Below, in pieces: positions 9,601-17,968 of a stretch of 64,000 nt of DNA (its first letter is position 1; each line of letters starts with the position of its first letter). The stretch covers positions 135,966 through 199,965 of the forward strand of contig JAUWGH010000006.1 in the NCBI GenBank assembly GCA_030606485.1, given 5' to 3'. The notes beneath the pieces are model-generated. The model was given only the letters and a program-made list of their open reading frames with translations, did not search any database and was not told where the DNA came from. This DNA is from Promethearchaeota archaeon (GTDB taxonomy: Archaea > Asgardarchaeota > Lokiarchaeia > Sigyniarchaeales > SOKP01). Both the position numbers and the translations under genes were made by a program.

Positions 9601-10140
9601 GTTAGATATACATGGGAATTAGGACAAGGTTACCTTACAGATGATGATAATAATGGCATTTTTGAGGTCACATTAGAAAATATACCTGAAGGCACTTTTA
9701 CTATTACTTTCACTATTTTGAATGTAAGTGATGATTATTTATTTGAGCGAAAAACAATAACTCTAAATGTGGTTAGTCCTCCAGAAGAAACTCTAATATT
9801 TCTGATATTAACTATAGTCGCCATTGCTGCCTTTATTAGTGTCACCAGTTATTTCATAGCATATCAAAGAGTATTAAAGTATCCAAAACCTGTTAGAAAA
9901 ATTCATAAATTCAAGAAGACTTTAAAGAAGAAAAAATCTCCTGATGTTGAAATTCTCTCGAGTAAAGTTCTATTAAAAGCCCTCTACAATGAAGAATTAG
10001 ATCCTGTTGCTAAACTTTTTAAAGGGAAGATGAAATATGAACAACCAGAAAAACAACTAGAACTAAAACCATCAAAAGATGAATTAATTGATACTTTATC
10101 CGAAATATCACCTGAAGAATCCGAAAAAAATGAGAAATAA
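3616..10140 (+). CDS. Giant type-I membrane surface protein (DUF2341 + LamG/concanavalin-like + tandem beta-rich repeats)
   Basis: 2174-aa ORF with an N-terminal hydrophobic signal/anchor (ILILFSLILIFSLIFITPGIY). DUF2341-like block: GGGDIRFS...EIWVKVPSISSSTDTTIYVWYN. LamG-like block: WHLNESSGSAKDSTSNGYDG...FDGIIDEVRISDTVRSADWI. C-terminal TM (LIFLILTIVAIAAFISVTSYFIA) followed by a Lys-rich ~95-aa tail. Many N-x-S/T sequons. Confidence 0.85.
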   Translation: MVILKKKNSISYKKILILFSLILIFSLIFITPGIYTNKNGYFNNPTDETNTDEINTDLQNKDFRSQGITSDNIYSGIGAPWNLTHWANRTDYDIPVDFTSPLIPNDDGKWGRMCPLVIQSSKVNSDLSNFTILLTNDTLPSEMFNADGLYPALDGGGDIRFSTDLNGDNLLPCEIVTFTTDNNPANGKAEIWVKVPSISSSTDTTIYVWYNKLGYNEAAMNQPAADDILGSEAVWSNNFEGVWHLNESSGSAKDSTSNGYDGSFQGDLPDAQIGQIGEGQDLDGTGDYVDIGDAGTGIQTIEFWMESDDLTDSLDTDTGWNIPSNYDDDYWDWDYPGNVSTNNNQYASEPDASGSQDWYDFNFGIPGGSSINGIWVHIEANEMGVGTAGADIELSWNGGNSYTSTGYGDDYSGSDVNYYYGSSSDLWGRVSWADTELSNANFRVRLTKNGVTTPRVDLLRVRVYYTITNVNRKIIDIDGTDQIEIDGSTADILATSFPGTTTIYVDGAVASGVTTNWHHVVITDTTGVNPSDMDIGRVSSRYFDGIIDEVRISDTVRSADWINSLYNNQDDPSTFVINGTPIEGGIISIYIIEQISNIVDMPLDLGWQGKKLNATIKDLYDKRNWINGTFHAGPDDNDPSCPENDSIYLQNWTYGEYDVVGDYSNDMSGNYFDSTNDPSNNGSDCLELRMDGDGFGYDKYDRCWWESNFTLPRGKVIEGEINLVICPYTQYYETREFGTHWSVQVILNGIVIDDKNLIWLEYSGGGDWYPLKLQLTNWLDDPIVFPDNEKNMSLRIQLIRNGPTLSHGPYGSYQQVLFDDVSLIVKTEVKPTQIGLKMNQTAVIDTSNWGEGTVEIDGDWNGTQFPLVHANFSNDEVWALGDYDIDFKTNVNLFATKHTPETNYETNAASLGTGFSVSNDSLVNWECYGYTSVPTGYAETEMRLEFPTDVYITWVSYPSDPLINKLDLCDNSTAGLLIVNVSKISATPDGFWKFEAISPNYFEQLNIYNNATGSWIEDNEFLSGEYINITAKITNSPLISAYILDTKAILHVRFPNGTIWTEKTQEKNLISNGFVYFDSFQIPSNIPNYKVGEYDAIISWNNSHSIYGLNETGIIYKKFTVIHNSTLIPDQSYYADIFEGTSINLKVSFNDLKDGKAIEGAVVYTYNFTHPTIIQNFSEISPGYYVFLDFNVSGAPQAGDNIITIYANSSLYTNNEVDVTIEVIKATTLTVDKSILSVQWNDNFTIQLNYTEEVSGTGIDTTPINNWVGETHTVRISQGVYNITCNSSAYEVNKRYNLYVDFNETGYETQSITTIIEIVERETYIDDIFINGSDCTTNKSYNVKAGELLNLTVKYRDIETGGTFINNALVKLIGTGIEKTFNERISFQYYNLTLNSTELGVGVKFLTITAQKDNYTSASELLTITVFERGTNYILYLNETDSTSDPSYQLTDNQLLNITVSYIDTILTEHISGATVDINGSGISKQFVEAFNNYSVEINSTDLNLGVNFLTIYAQKETYEPQSILITIEVIQIETELNLYLDGEDKTSEPSITKYTNQSLNITISYREFEIPNKHVSGAIVDINGSGISEPLYEAFNNYSVLINTTKLNLGANFLTIYARKDKYEPQTILLSIEIIQIETNLTLYKNGIDITAIPSIKQYTNQILNITVSYKEATGPYKHVSGAIVDINGSGISKVFNELGTNYSVLIDTTNLNQGANFLTIYARKENFEPQTILLTIEIIQIETDLKLFLNGVDKTNEPSIDVITLETLNITIKYTTYGTGVHISNATIELSGSGLSINISENLGLKQYSFIINTIDLNVGFNFLTVYAQKSNYEAQTILITIQLIERKAYDEIYLDNEDKTLEKSIETPIGKELNITFKYFDDITGNHIPQALVQLIGAGHTWNFTENNSLKQYSLIIDTTELDIGLKFLTIYAQRTYYQSSSELLEITVRQIKTNITTESGEDVINIQAGESYTLRITLHDLDFGSIIKNATVRYTWELGQGYLTDDDNNGIFEVTLENIPEGTFTITFTILNVSDDYLFERKTITLNVVSPPEETLIFLILTIVAIAAFISVTSYFIAYQRVLKYPKPVRKIHKFKKTLKKKKSPDVEILSSKVLLKALYNEELDPVAKLFKGKMKYEQPEKQLELKPSKDELIDTLSEISPEESEKNEK
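7561..9480 (+). repeat. Six tandem in-frame coding repeats (309-330 nt, ~103-110 aa) inside the giant surface protein
   Basis: Unit boundaries read at about 7561, 7891, 8200, 8515, 8830, 9148 and 9470. Recurring blocks are ...LNITxxY..., HVSGAIVDINGSGIS, NYSVLI.TT.LN.GANFLTIYA.K..YEPQTILL.IE.IQIET. Degenerate flanking copies lie at ~7300-7560 and ~9480-9780. Confidence 0.85.
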
Positions 10141-10378
10141 ATTAAAAAAAAAACTAAAAATTCTTCTTTTTTATAGATTCCCCCTTTTCTTCAGCTGTAT
10201 TTATTCAGCAAGCTTCATTAGTATAAAATATAATATTTTTTCATCTCTATAAATATAAAGAGTGCATAGATTTATCTTAAAGAAAATTTTTAAAAAAAAA
10301 TGAATAAGAAGGGAAATTAAAAATAACCGTTTTTCATATTATATTAATAAATACAATATGATAAAAGAGTAAATTACA

Positions 10379-11143
10379 ATGGATAGTTCTAATCGTAATA
10401 TAATGCCTGGTGCGGGACCTTTTTATTTTGAAGGAAATGATGTAGGAATATTATTACTTCATGGTGGGGGCGGGGGAACCGCAGCCGATTTAAAGCCAAT
10501 GGCAGAATTTTTACATAATGAAGGAAGTTTTACAGTTAGAGTTCCATTGTTATCCGGATTTGGAACAACACCAGAAGAATTAAAAGATACACCGATCTCT
10601 GCTTGGATGGAAGATCTTGAAGTTGAATATAATTTCTTAAAACAAAAAGTAAAAAAGATTGTTGTTGGAGGGCATAGCATGGGAGCAATTTTCAGTTTAT
10701 ATTTAGGTGCTATAAAAAATCCCGATGCAATATTTGCCATAAGTGCTCCTATTGGTATACAGAGATTCTTAAGAAGAATATTGTCAAATATTAAAAATCT
10801 AAAGAGATATTACCCCATTTCCAAAGAAGAATTAGAAAAAGAAACAGATGGAGCATGGGTAGGATATGATAAATTTCCTTTAAAAGCAGGTAGAAGATTA
10901 CTTAAAATAATTAAAACTTTCAAAAAATATTATACTCAAGTTAATTGTCCAACATTATTAATTCAGGGAAGATTGGATAGTGAAGTAAAACCTTCCAGTA
11001 TGGATAAAATCTATGATATGATAAAATCAGAAAAAAAAAAAAAAATTTGGCTTGAAAATAGCGATCATCCCATATTAAAAATTCCTGATGAGGATTTATT
11101 ATTTTCTGAAATTCTAAATTTCCTAAATGAATTTATAGTATAA
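10379..11143 (+). CDS. Alpha/beta-hydrolase (carboxylesterase / monoacylglycerol-lipase-like)
   Basis: Nucleophile elbow GGHSMGA. Candidate triad Asp (GRLDSEV) and His (NSDHPIL). Length (254 aa) and N-terminal LLLHGGGG oxyanion region fit the Est-type esterase family. Confidence 0.75.
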   Translation: MDSSNRNIMPGAGPFYFEGNDVGILLLHGGGGGTAADLKPMAEFLHNEGSFTVRVPLLSGFGTTPEELKDTPISAWMEDLEVEYNFLKQKVKKIVVGGHSMGAIFSLYLGAIKNPDAIFAISAPIGIQRFLRRILSNIKNLKRYYPISKEELEKETDGAWVGYDKFPLKAGRRLLKIIKTFKKYYTQVNCPTLLIQGRLDSEVKPSSMDKIYDMIKSEKKKKIWLENSDHPILKIPDEDLLFSEILNFLNEFIV

Positions 11144-11197
11144 AAATTGAAAGAGTCCTTTTAATAGAGATTTCGCCTATTATCTTTTTTCCCAAAT

Positions 11198-11863
11198 TTA
11201 TTTTTCTATTAAAACAGTATGGATTAAATTTTGATTTAAATCTCTAATACTTTTTAATATTATGTGAGGAACTTGTATATTGTCTATTAATTTTTGTCTT
11301 GATGTCGTTCCCGTTAAAAGCCCAATAAATGGACAACCAAGCATTTCTGCGACCTTAACATCGTTTATATGATCTCCAATAACAATTATTTGCTTATTAG
11401 GAAAAGTTTGTTCTAGTTCCTTTTTTGTAATTGAGTCGTATTTTTTCTTTCTTTGTTCAGTTTCTCCTAAATATAAATCAAAAAAGTGATCTATTTTTAA
11501 AATCTTTAGAATATTATGGACCATTTCATGCTTTTTAGAAGATAAAACTCCTAAGAGAAAACCGTTTTCTTTTAATTCTTTTAATTTTTTCTTTACGCCT
11601 TTAATTAATTTTGACTGATAAATTCCTTTCTTTCCATAAAAGTCACGGAAGGCAGATACATATTTTTCAGCGGATTCATGTGTTATTTCTCTAAACATCT
11701 CGTATAAAGGAGTTCCAATCATTTGCTTTATAATCTTAGAGGAAACTTTCTCTTTTTTGTATTTCTTCAAAGCATAGTTAAAGGAGTTAATAATTCCTTT
11801 AGTGTTTTTAATTAGGGTATTGTCAAGATCAAAACTTAAATATATTTCGCTGGAGTTCATCAA
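11198..11863 (-). CDS. HAD-superfamily hydrolase (phosphoglycolate-phosphatase-like)
   Basis: HAD motif I FDLDNTL, motif II LSSK, motif III/IV K...GDHINDV. Confidence 0.8.
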   Translation of the reverse strand: MMNSSEIYLSFDLDNTLIKNTKGIINSFNYALKKYKKEKVSSKIIKQMIGTPLYEMFREITHESAEKYVSAFRDFYGKKGIYQSKLIKGVKKKLKELKENGFLLGVLSSKKHEMVHNILKILKIDHFFDLYLGETEQRKKKYDSITKKELEQTFPNKQIIVIGDHINDVKVAEMLGCPFIGLLTGTTSRQKLIDNIQVPHIILKSIRDLNQNLIHTVLIEK

Positions 11864-11973
11864 CCGTTCATGTTACTTTTTTTAAAAGTTTGATTTTAAA
11901 CCTAATATTAATAGAATTTATTTTATTATTATAAAATGAATTAAACATTCATAAAATATTATATAAATCATAA

Positions 11974-12525
11974 TTGGTGAGATTTATTTCTGATAAAGAA
12001 GAAAAAAGTAGAAATAGAAAACGTATAATTGTCTTAATAGTAAGCGGGATATATGTTATTATAATTTTACCAATAATTGGAGTCTTCATATCTTTATACA
12101 TTGATGCTTTCTTTGGTTTTTCAATTTTAATAACCACCCCATTTAATATAATTATTGCAGTAATTTTTTTAGTAGTTGGATTTTTTTGGGCAATCTGGGC
12201 TAATATTGAATTATATAGAATGGGACAGGGAAGTCCAGTTCCATTCAAAGAAACCCAGACAAGAATTCTAGTTATAAGAGGACCTTATGAATATACCAGA
12301 AATCCTATGGTTTTTGGATATATCCTTATCTGGATAGGTATGGGTTTCTTTTTTAACTCTTTATTTCTTACACTTGGATTCACATCAATAATTGTGGTAT
12401 TACTGATTGCATTAGTTAAACTCTGGGAGGAAAAAAATCTCGAAAAACGATTTGGGGAATCGTATGTTGAATATAAAAAGAAAATCTCTTTTATAATTCC
12501 CTTACCACGAAAAAAGCAGAAATAA
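11974..12525 (+). CDS. Isoprenylcysteine carboxyl methyltransferase / phospholipid methyltransferase family membrane protein
   Basis: TTG start, multi-TM. C-terminal signature RGPYEYTRNPMVFGYILIWIG...EEKNLEKRFGESYVEYKKK is typical of the ICMT/PEMT family. Confidence 0.75.
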   Translation: MVRFISDKEEKSRNRKRIIVLIVSGIYVIIILPIIGVFISLYIDAFFGFSILITTPFNIIIAVIFLVVGFFWAIWANIELYRMGQGSPVPFKETQTRILVIRGPYEYTRNPMVFGYILIWIGMGFFFNSLFLTLGFTSIIVVLLIALVKLWEEKNLEKRFGESYVEYKKKISFIIPLPRKKQK

Positions 12526-13854
12526 ATGCTATTTATTAAAAGTTTATTTTTATGCCTTGATTTTAATACAATAATGAAGGTCCATTTTAAATACGGTAAA
12601 AATGGGTTAAATATTGAACTATCTGATAATTTAAACTTTACAATAATAAAAGCACCAGAAGAAAAAGAAATAGTCAACCCTGTGGAAGAAATTAAAGCAA
12701 AAATAAATGACCCAATTGGAATTTTACCTTTGAAAGAATTAATTCAACAAAAAGCAAAATTTCATGAAATTTCTCTCATAATTGTTATTAGTGACGCCAC
12801 AAGACCATCTCCTTCTAAAACAATATTAAAAGCTTTAACTGAAATATTTGAAGAAATCGGAATCAGAGATGAACAAATAAAAATTTTAATAGCTACTGGA
12901 CTTCATAGAGAAAGCAGACAAGATGAACTAGAAAGAATGATTGGTGCTAATTTTCTTAAAAGATTTGAAATTATTGACCACAATGCTAACGATGAAACCA
13001 GTTTAGCTTTTGTTGGATATAGCAATGATAGAACACCTATTTATTTAAATACATATTATCTTGAAAGTGATTTTAAAATTTTGACGGGCTCCATAGAACC
13101 TCATTTTTTTATGGGATTCTCTGGAGGGAGGAAATCGATTGTCCCTGGAATAGCTGGAGAAAAAACAATTAAGGGCAATCACTCTGCTAAAAATATTGCT
13201 TCTCCATTTGCCCGTTTTGGAGTATATAAGAAAAACCCACTCCATATTAATGCAGTTGAAATAGCTAAGAGAGTTGGTGTAGATTTTATAGTTAATGTAT
13301 GTATTAATGAGAATCATAATATAACTCAAATTGCCGCCGGGGATCTTGAAAAAGCTCACGAAGCTCTAGTAAAATATCAGTTAAAGCAAGTATATCAAAA
13401 GATTAATCTACTTTATGACATAGTTATTTGCGGGAATGGAGGCTACCCGCTAGATTTAAACCTTTATCAAGCAGTTAAAAGCATGGCGCTAGGTGAGATG
13501 GCTGTAAAGAAGGGGGGAATCATTATCTCTGTAAATGAATTATCCGATGGAATTGGACATGAAAAATTTAAGGAATTAATATATTGTGGAAGAACTCCAA
13601 AAGAGATCTATAAAGATATCATAAATGAAAAAATTAAAGTGGCTGATCAATGGGAAATACAAATATTAACTCGAGTCTTACAAAAAGCTGAAATCATTGT
13701 CGTTTCTCAATTATCAAAAGATGAGGTTGGAAATATTGGTCTAATCTATGCAAATTCAGTTGAAGAAGCAATCGAAATGGCATTGAAAAAAATTGGACCT
13801 AATGCAAAAATACTTGTATTACCAGATGGACCACTCGTTTTACCAAAATTATAA
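12526..13854 (+). CDS. larA: LarA-like nickel-pincer-dependent 2-hydroxyacid racemase/epimerase (DUF2088 family)
   Basis: Motifs VISDATRPSP and GSIEPHFFMGFSGGRKSIVPG. The real start is probably the internal ATG at 12574 (MKVHFKYGKNG...), because the first 16 codons look like read-through. Confidence 0.7.
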   Translation: MLFIKSLFLCLDFNTIMKVHFKYGKNGLNIELSDNLNFTIIKAPEEKEIVNPVEEIKAKINDPIGILPLKELIQQKAKFHEISLIIVISDATRPSPSKTILKALTEIFEEIGIRDEQIKILIATGLHRESRQDELERMIGANFLKRFEIIDHNANDETSLAFVGYSNDRTPIYLNTYYLESDFKILTGSIEPHFFMGFSGGRKSIVPGIAGEKTIKGNHSAKNIASPFARFGVYKKNPLHINAVEIAKRVGVDFIVNVCINENHNITQIAAGDLEKAHEALVKYQLKQVYQKINLLYDIVICGNGGYPLDLNLYQAVKSMALGEMAVKKGGIIISVNELSDGIGHEKFKELIYCGRTPKEIYKDIINEKIKVADQWEIQILTRVLQKAEIIVVSQLSKDEVGNIGLIYANSVEEAIEMALKKIGPNAKILVLPDGPLVLPKL

Positions 13855-13954
13855 ATTATCTTAATTGTAATTTTAATTAATTTTTAATATCTTACACATT
13901 AAGAAGCATCATAATCCCAAATAATGTAGAAGAACAAATCTTCAGTGTAATTTT

Positions 13955-15694
13955 TTGATTGAACCATACTCAAATATTTCAGAGGAAATTTATCAACAAT
14001 TAAAAGATATCGTGGGAGATGAATTTATCTCAAAAGATCTTGAAATTTTATGGTGTTATGCATTTGATGGTACTATATTCAAGGAAAATACTGTCCCAGA
14101 AATCGTAATTTTACCTGAAAATAAAGATGAAATATCTGAAACTTTAAAAATTGCCAACAAAAATAAAATTATCCTTATACCAAGAGGGAGTGGAACAAGT
14201 TTATCTGGTGGTCCTATATCTGTCTTTGGTGGTGGAATTATACTTGATTTGACCAGAATGAATAAAATTCTCTCAATTGATATTCCAAATAATCTCACAG
14301 TAGTTGAACCCGGTGTAATTTGTGATGATCTTAATTTTGAATTGAATAAATATGAATATTTCTTTCCACCAGACCCAGCCTCGAGCTGTATTTGCACAAT
14401 AGGAGGGATGGTTGCCAATAATTCAGGTGGAGTTCAGGCGTTTAAATATGGTGTAACCAAAGATTATGTAATGTTTTTAGAAGTTGTCCTTGCTGATGGG
14501 CAAATAATAAATATTGGTTCTTCAGTTAGAAAATCAGTATCTTCTTATAATTTTACTGGATTATTTGTTGGTTCTGAAGGCACACTAGGAGTGATTACTA
14601 AAATCGGGCTTAAAATAATCCCCTTACCTAAATCTAGGAAAACGGGGCTTTTTATGTTTGATTCTATTGAATTAATCATTCAAGCTGTAATAGAATTAAG
14701 AGAAAAAGGAATTATTCCGAACTTACTCGAATTTATGGATGAAATAACAACTAAAGCGAGTTTTGAATATCTTGGTGGAGAATTTCTTTCATATCCTAAA
14801 GGAATTGTTTTATTAGCAGAAGTTGATGGGAATAAAACCCAAGCTGATTCTGATTTTTCAAAATTATTTAAAATCATAATGAAATATAACCCAAAATTTC
14901 ATAAAATAGCAGAATCTGATAAGGAAAGAGAAATTTTATTGGATGCAAGGAAAGCAGCGCTACCAGCTCTTTCAAGAATTAAACCATCATGTTGTATAGA
15001 AGATTGTACAGTTACAATCGATAAATTCGCTGAATGTGTTCAAAAGATTAAGGAAATTACCGAAGAATTAAAATTAGATAATATTAAGATTGCCAATTTT
15101 GGACATATGGATGGAAATATGCACCCAACATTTTTATTTAATGAGAATAATGAATCTGATCGTAAATCACTATTAGTAGCTATGAAATACTTATATGAAA
15201 AAATTGTAATACCATTAGGAGGAACAATTACAGGCGAACATGGAGTAGGTTCTGTTAAAACTCCTTTTCTGAATCTAGAATATGATAGAGAAACCTTAAA
15301 TCTAATGAGAGAAATTAAACTCTTTTTTGATCCTAATATGATCCTTAACCCAGGTAAAGGAAAAGGAGACCCTCGGATAATAAAAAATAATATATTGAAT
15401 AGAAAGTTAAAAATACCGGGAGATTTAGCCTTATCTTGTATGAGGTGCGGGTTCTGTATCCCACTATGCCCATCAAAAGATTATTATAAATTCGAAGCAT
15501 ATACTCCAAGAGGGAGATTAAGTATATTAAATGGATTAGTCTATGGAGATTTGAAATTATCAGAAAAAGTCAATGAAATTTTGCATACTTGCATTCTTTG
15601 TGGTGCATGTTCTGTATTATGCCCTGCAGGAGTGCAAACTTATGAAATTTTTGAGAAAGCCAGAGAATTAATACATAAAAATAAAAAATTTTAA
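13955..15694 (+). CDS. FAD-linked oxidase (GlcD / D-lactate dehydrogenase-like) fused to a C-terminal 2x[4Fe-4S] ferredoxin-like domain
   Basis: TTG start. FAD-binding PRGSGTSLSGG. C-terminal GEHGVG. Two Cys clusters, CMRCGFCIPLCP and CILCGACSVLCP. Confidence 0.8.
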   Translation: MIEPYSNISEEIYQQLKDIVGDEFISKDLEILWCYAFDGTIFKENTVPEIVILPENKDEISETLKIANKNKIILIPRGSGTSLSGGPISVFGGGIILDLTRMNKILSIDIPNNLTVVEPGVICDDLNFELNKYEYFFPPDPASSCICTIGGMVANNSGGVQAFKYGVTKDYVMFLEVVLADGQIINIGSSVRKSVSSYNFTGLFVGSEGTLGVITKIGLKIIPLPKSRKTGLFMFDSIELIIQAVIELREKGIIPNLLEFMDEITTKASFEYLGGEFLSYPKGIVLLAEVDGNKTQADSDFSKLFKIIMKYNPKFHKIAESDKEREILLDARKAALPALSRIKPSCCIEDCTVTIDKFAECVQKIKEITEELKLDNIKIANFGHMDGNMHPTFLFNENNESDRKSLLVAMKYLYEKIVIPLGGTITGEHGVGSVKTPFLNLEYDRETLNLMREIKLFFDPNMILNPGKGKGDPRIIKNNILNRKLKIPGDLALSCMRCGFCIPLCPSKDYYKFEAYTPRGRLSILNGLVYGDLKLSEKVNEILHTCILCGACSVLCPAGVQTYEIFEKARELIHKNKKF

Positions 15695-15709
15695 AATTAA
15701 ACCTATAAT

Positions 15710-16177
15710 TTATCTTTTTTTTCTCGCTCGCATCTTTGTCTTCTCAATAAATTCAAGGCAAACTCCTAATACATCTGTTGTATCAAAATAGTCCCATTTT
15801 AGATTGGCAAATTGACTAGCATTAACAGATTGAAAGCCCATTTCTTTCATTTTTGTTGAATATGATTCTAGATTCTCAACATATACACCATAATGATGTA
15901 ATCCCTCTTTTCCTTGCTCAAGAAATTCCTTATAAATACTATCTCCATCAACCCATTGGATTAATTCTAACTCTAACATACCCAATTGGCTAAACCCTGC
16001 CTTAATATCAACGATAGTGCGTTTATCTCGAAATTGAGTATCCAGATTTGGAAGGTTTATAATTTGAAATTTTGGTAAACCTAGGGTTTCTTCCATCAAT
16101 TTTGCTTGTTTTTCAATATTTTTATAGATATATCCCAATTGTCCAATTTTAAGTTCAGAAAAATTTATATCTTCCAA
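15710..16177 (-). CDS. VOC/glyoxalase-fold protein (methylmalonyl-CoA-epimerase-like)
   Basis: 155 aa with a paired beta-alpha-beta-beta-beta pattern. LGYIYKNIE...LELIQW...GLHHYGVYVENLE resembles VOC-family metal-binding segments. Confidence 0.6.
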   Translation of the reverse strand: MEDINFSELKIGQLGYIYKNIEKQAKLMEETLGLPKFQIINLPNLDTQFRDKRTIVDIKAGFSQLGMLELELIQWVDGDSIYKEFLEQGKEGLHHYGVYVENLESYSTKMKEMGFQSVNASQFANLKWDYFDTTDVLGVCLEFIEKTKMRARKKR

Positions 16178-16394
16178 ATAATTGTCACCAAATAAATTTT
16201 AATATTTTAATTTAGGTAATTAGTTATTTATTTTTTATTCTTGTCAAACTAAATCTTTTGAATGTATTAATGATAGATGCTAATTTTTAAAATAGATAAC
16301 TTAAACTTTATTTTTTAAAACTTATTTCAGTAATTAATTCAACTAATGTTATATCTAATTTTATCAAAAATTATATTGCTCGAAATGAAAGAAA

Positions 16395-17285
16395 ATGATT
16401 TGGAAAACGCGCATAAATCAGATGACAAAAACAAAATATCCAGTAATTATGGGAGCTTTTATAGGATTCGGTAAAGCAAATTTTGCTGCTCCATTTTCTG
16501 AAGCTGGAGGTTTGGGAATAATAACTGCCTTAAATTTTAAAACACCTTACCACTTTAAGAAAGAACTTGAACGTATGAAAGAATTGACAGATAATCCATT
16601 TGGTATAAATATTTCTGTTCTACCTCCTCAAGTAAAAGGTGGGCATCATTTAACAGAAAAATCAAAAGATGAATATTTAGCATATATCGAGGTCGCACTC
16701 TCAGAAGGAGTAAATATTTTTACAACTTCAGCATATCAAGCAACCTTTATTGGAGAGAGAGTACATGAAACAGGATGCTACTGGTTTCATAAATCTGCTA
16801 CAATAAGACATGCCATAAGTGCGGAAATAGCGGGCGCAGATGCAGTTACAATCGTTGGATTAGAAGGAACAGGTTTTAAAAATCCTCTTACCCAAACAAC
16901 CTTGGTAAATATCACAATGGCAAGAAGGTTACTTAAAATTCCAATTATTGCAGCAGGAGGCATCGGTGATGCAAGAGGATTTTTAGGGGCTATTGCAATG
17001 GGCGCAGAGGCTGTTTGTTTTGGAACAGCGGTTATGGTATGCGAAGAAAGTCCTGCAGCATTAAAACTGAAAGAAAAATGGATAAAGGAAGATATTTTTA
17101 CGGAGGATTACCACCAAAAGATTTATCATCTTAAATTAAGAGATACGGCTCTTCCTTCAATGGCTATTGGTCATCGAAAAAAAATCATTCCTATAAAGGA
17201 TTTTATCGAAGAAATTATGAATGAATCAGAAGGGATATTAAGATCTTGGGGATTCACGGCAGAAGAGTTTAATACAATTTCCTAA
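16395..17285 (+). CDS. Nitronate monooxygenase / FabK-like FMN oxidoreductase (NMO family)
   Basis: N-terminal YPVIMGAF...SEAGGLGII and IPIIAAGGIGDARGFLGAIAMGAEAVCFGT. The start may be the ATG at 16422. Confidence 0.75.
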   Translation: MIWKTRINQMTKTKYPVIMGAFIGFGKANFAAPFSEAGGLGIITALNFKTPYHFKKELERMKELTDNPFGINISVLPPQVKGGHHLTEKSKDEYLAYIEVALSEGVNIFTTSAYQATFIGERVHETGCYWFHKSATIRHAISAEIAGADAVTIVGLEGTGFKNPLTQTTLVNITMARRLLKIPIIAAGGIGDARGFLGAIAMGAEAVCFGTAVMVCEESPAALKLKEKWIKEDIFTEDYHQKIYHLKLRDTALPSMAIGHRKKIIPIKDFIEEIMNESEGILRSWGFTAEEFNTIS

Positions 17286-17392
17286 ATGTTAAACTATATA
17301 AATCTTTATTTTTCTACGAATTCCTGAATATATTTAATAAATTTTTTCCTACCAAAAATTTTTAAAATAAAATTTTATCTTTAATAATAGAT

Positions 17393-17911
17393 ATGTCATC
17401 ACCTCCCCCTCCACAAACTCCTAATTCAAGAAGATCTAGGAGATTTGAAACCAGAGAATTGGTTGAAATAATAAGAAATGCGATGGAAATATATGACGAT
17501 CAATGGGAACAAGGGTCCAATTCAATTAGAGCGGTTCCCAGATATCAAGAGAATTATAACAAACTTACAGGAGAAGAAAAGGAAAAATTTCATGAATTCT
17601 TAGAATTAGGTTCGATTTGTCCAATTTGTAAAGCTAAAAATCATGTAAATTATTTAAAAGAATTTTATTTTAATAAAAAACCTGATAAAATAAATCTAAA
17701 AAATAGTTTATTGAAATTAATGGAACAATCTAAAGATTTTAGTAAAAATATGTCAATTGGAATACCTTGCTGTAGCTGTTATAGAAAAGTTTTCAATCAG
17801 AATAAATCTAATTTAACTATATCACTGAATAGATCCAATTCACATATGCGATTGATAACAATTCGACTTCCTGACGAATATATAAATTCATTAGATAGGT
17901 TAGTTCGATAA
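17393..17911 (+). CDS. Hypothetical protein with a Cys4 (CPIC...CCSC) putative zinc site
   Basis: 172-aa ORF with Pro-rich, basic N-terminus MSSPPPPQTPNSRRSRR. It ends in RLITIRLPDEYINSLDRLVR, which resembles the first strand and helix of a ribbon-helix-helix motif but stops there. Confidence 0.4.
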   Translation: MSSPPPPQTPNSRRSRRFETRELVEIIRNAMEIYDDQWEQGSNSIRAVPRYQENYNKLTGEEKEKFHEFLELGSICPICKAKNHVNYLKEFYFNKKPDKINLKNSLLKLMEQSKDFSKNMSIGIPCCSCYRKVFNQNKSNLTISLNRSNSHMRLITIRLPDEYINSLDRLVR

Positions 17912-17968
17912 AACAATATCTATTTTAAGATCTAATATGGGTTAGAAGAATTATTGAAATTAAGTTAA

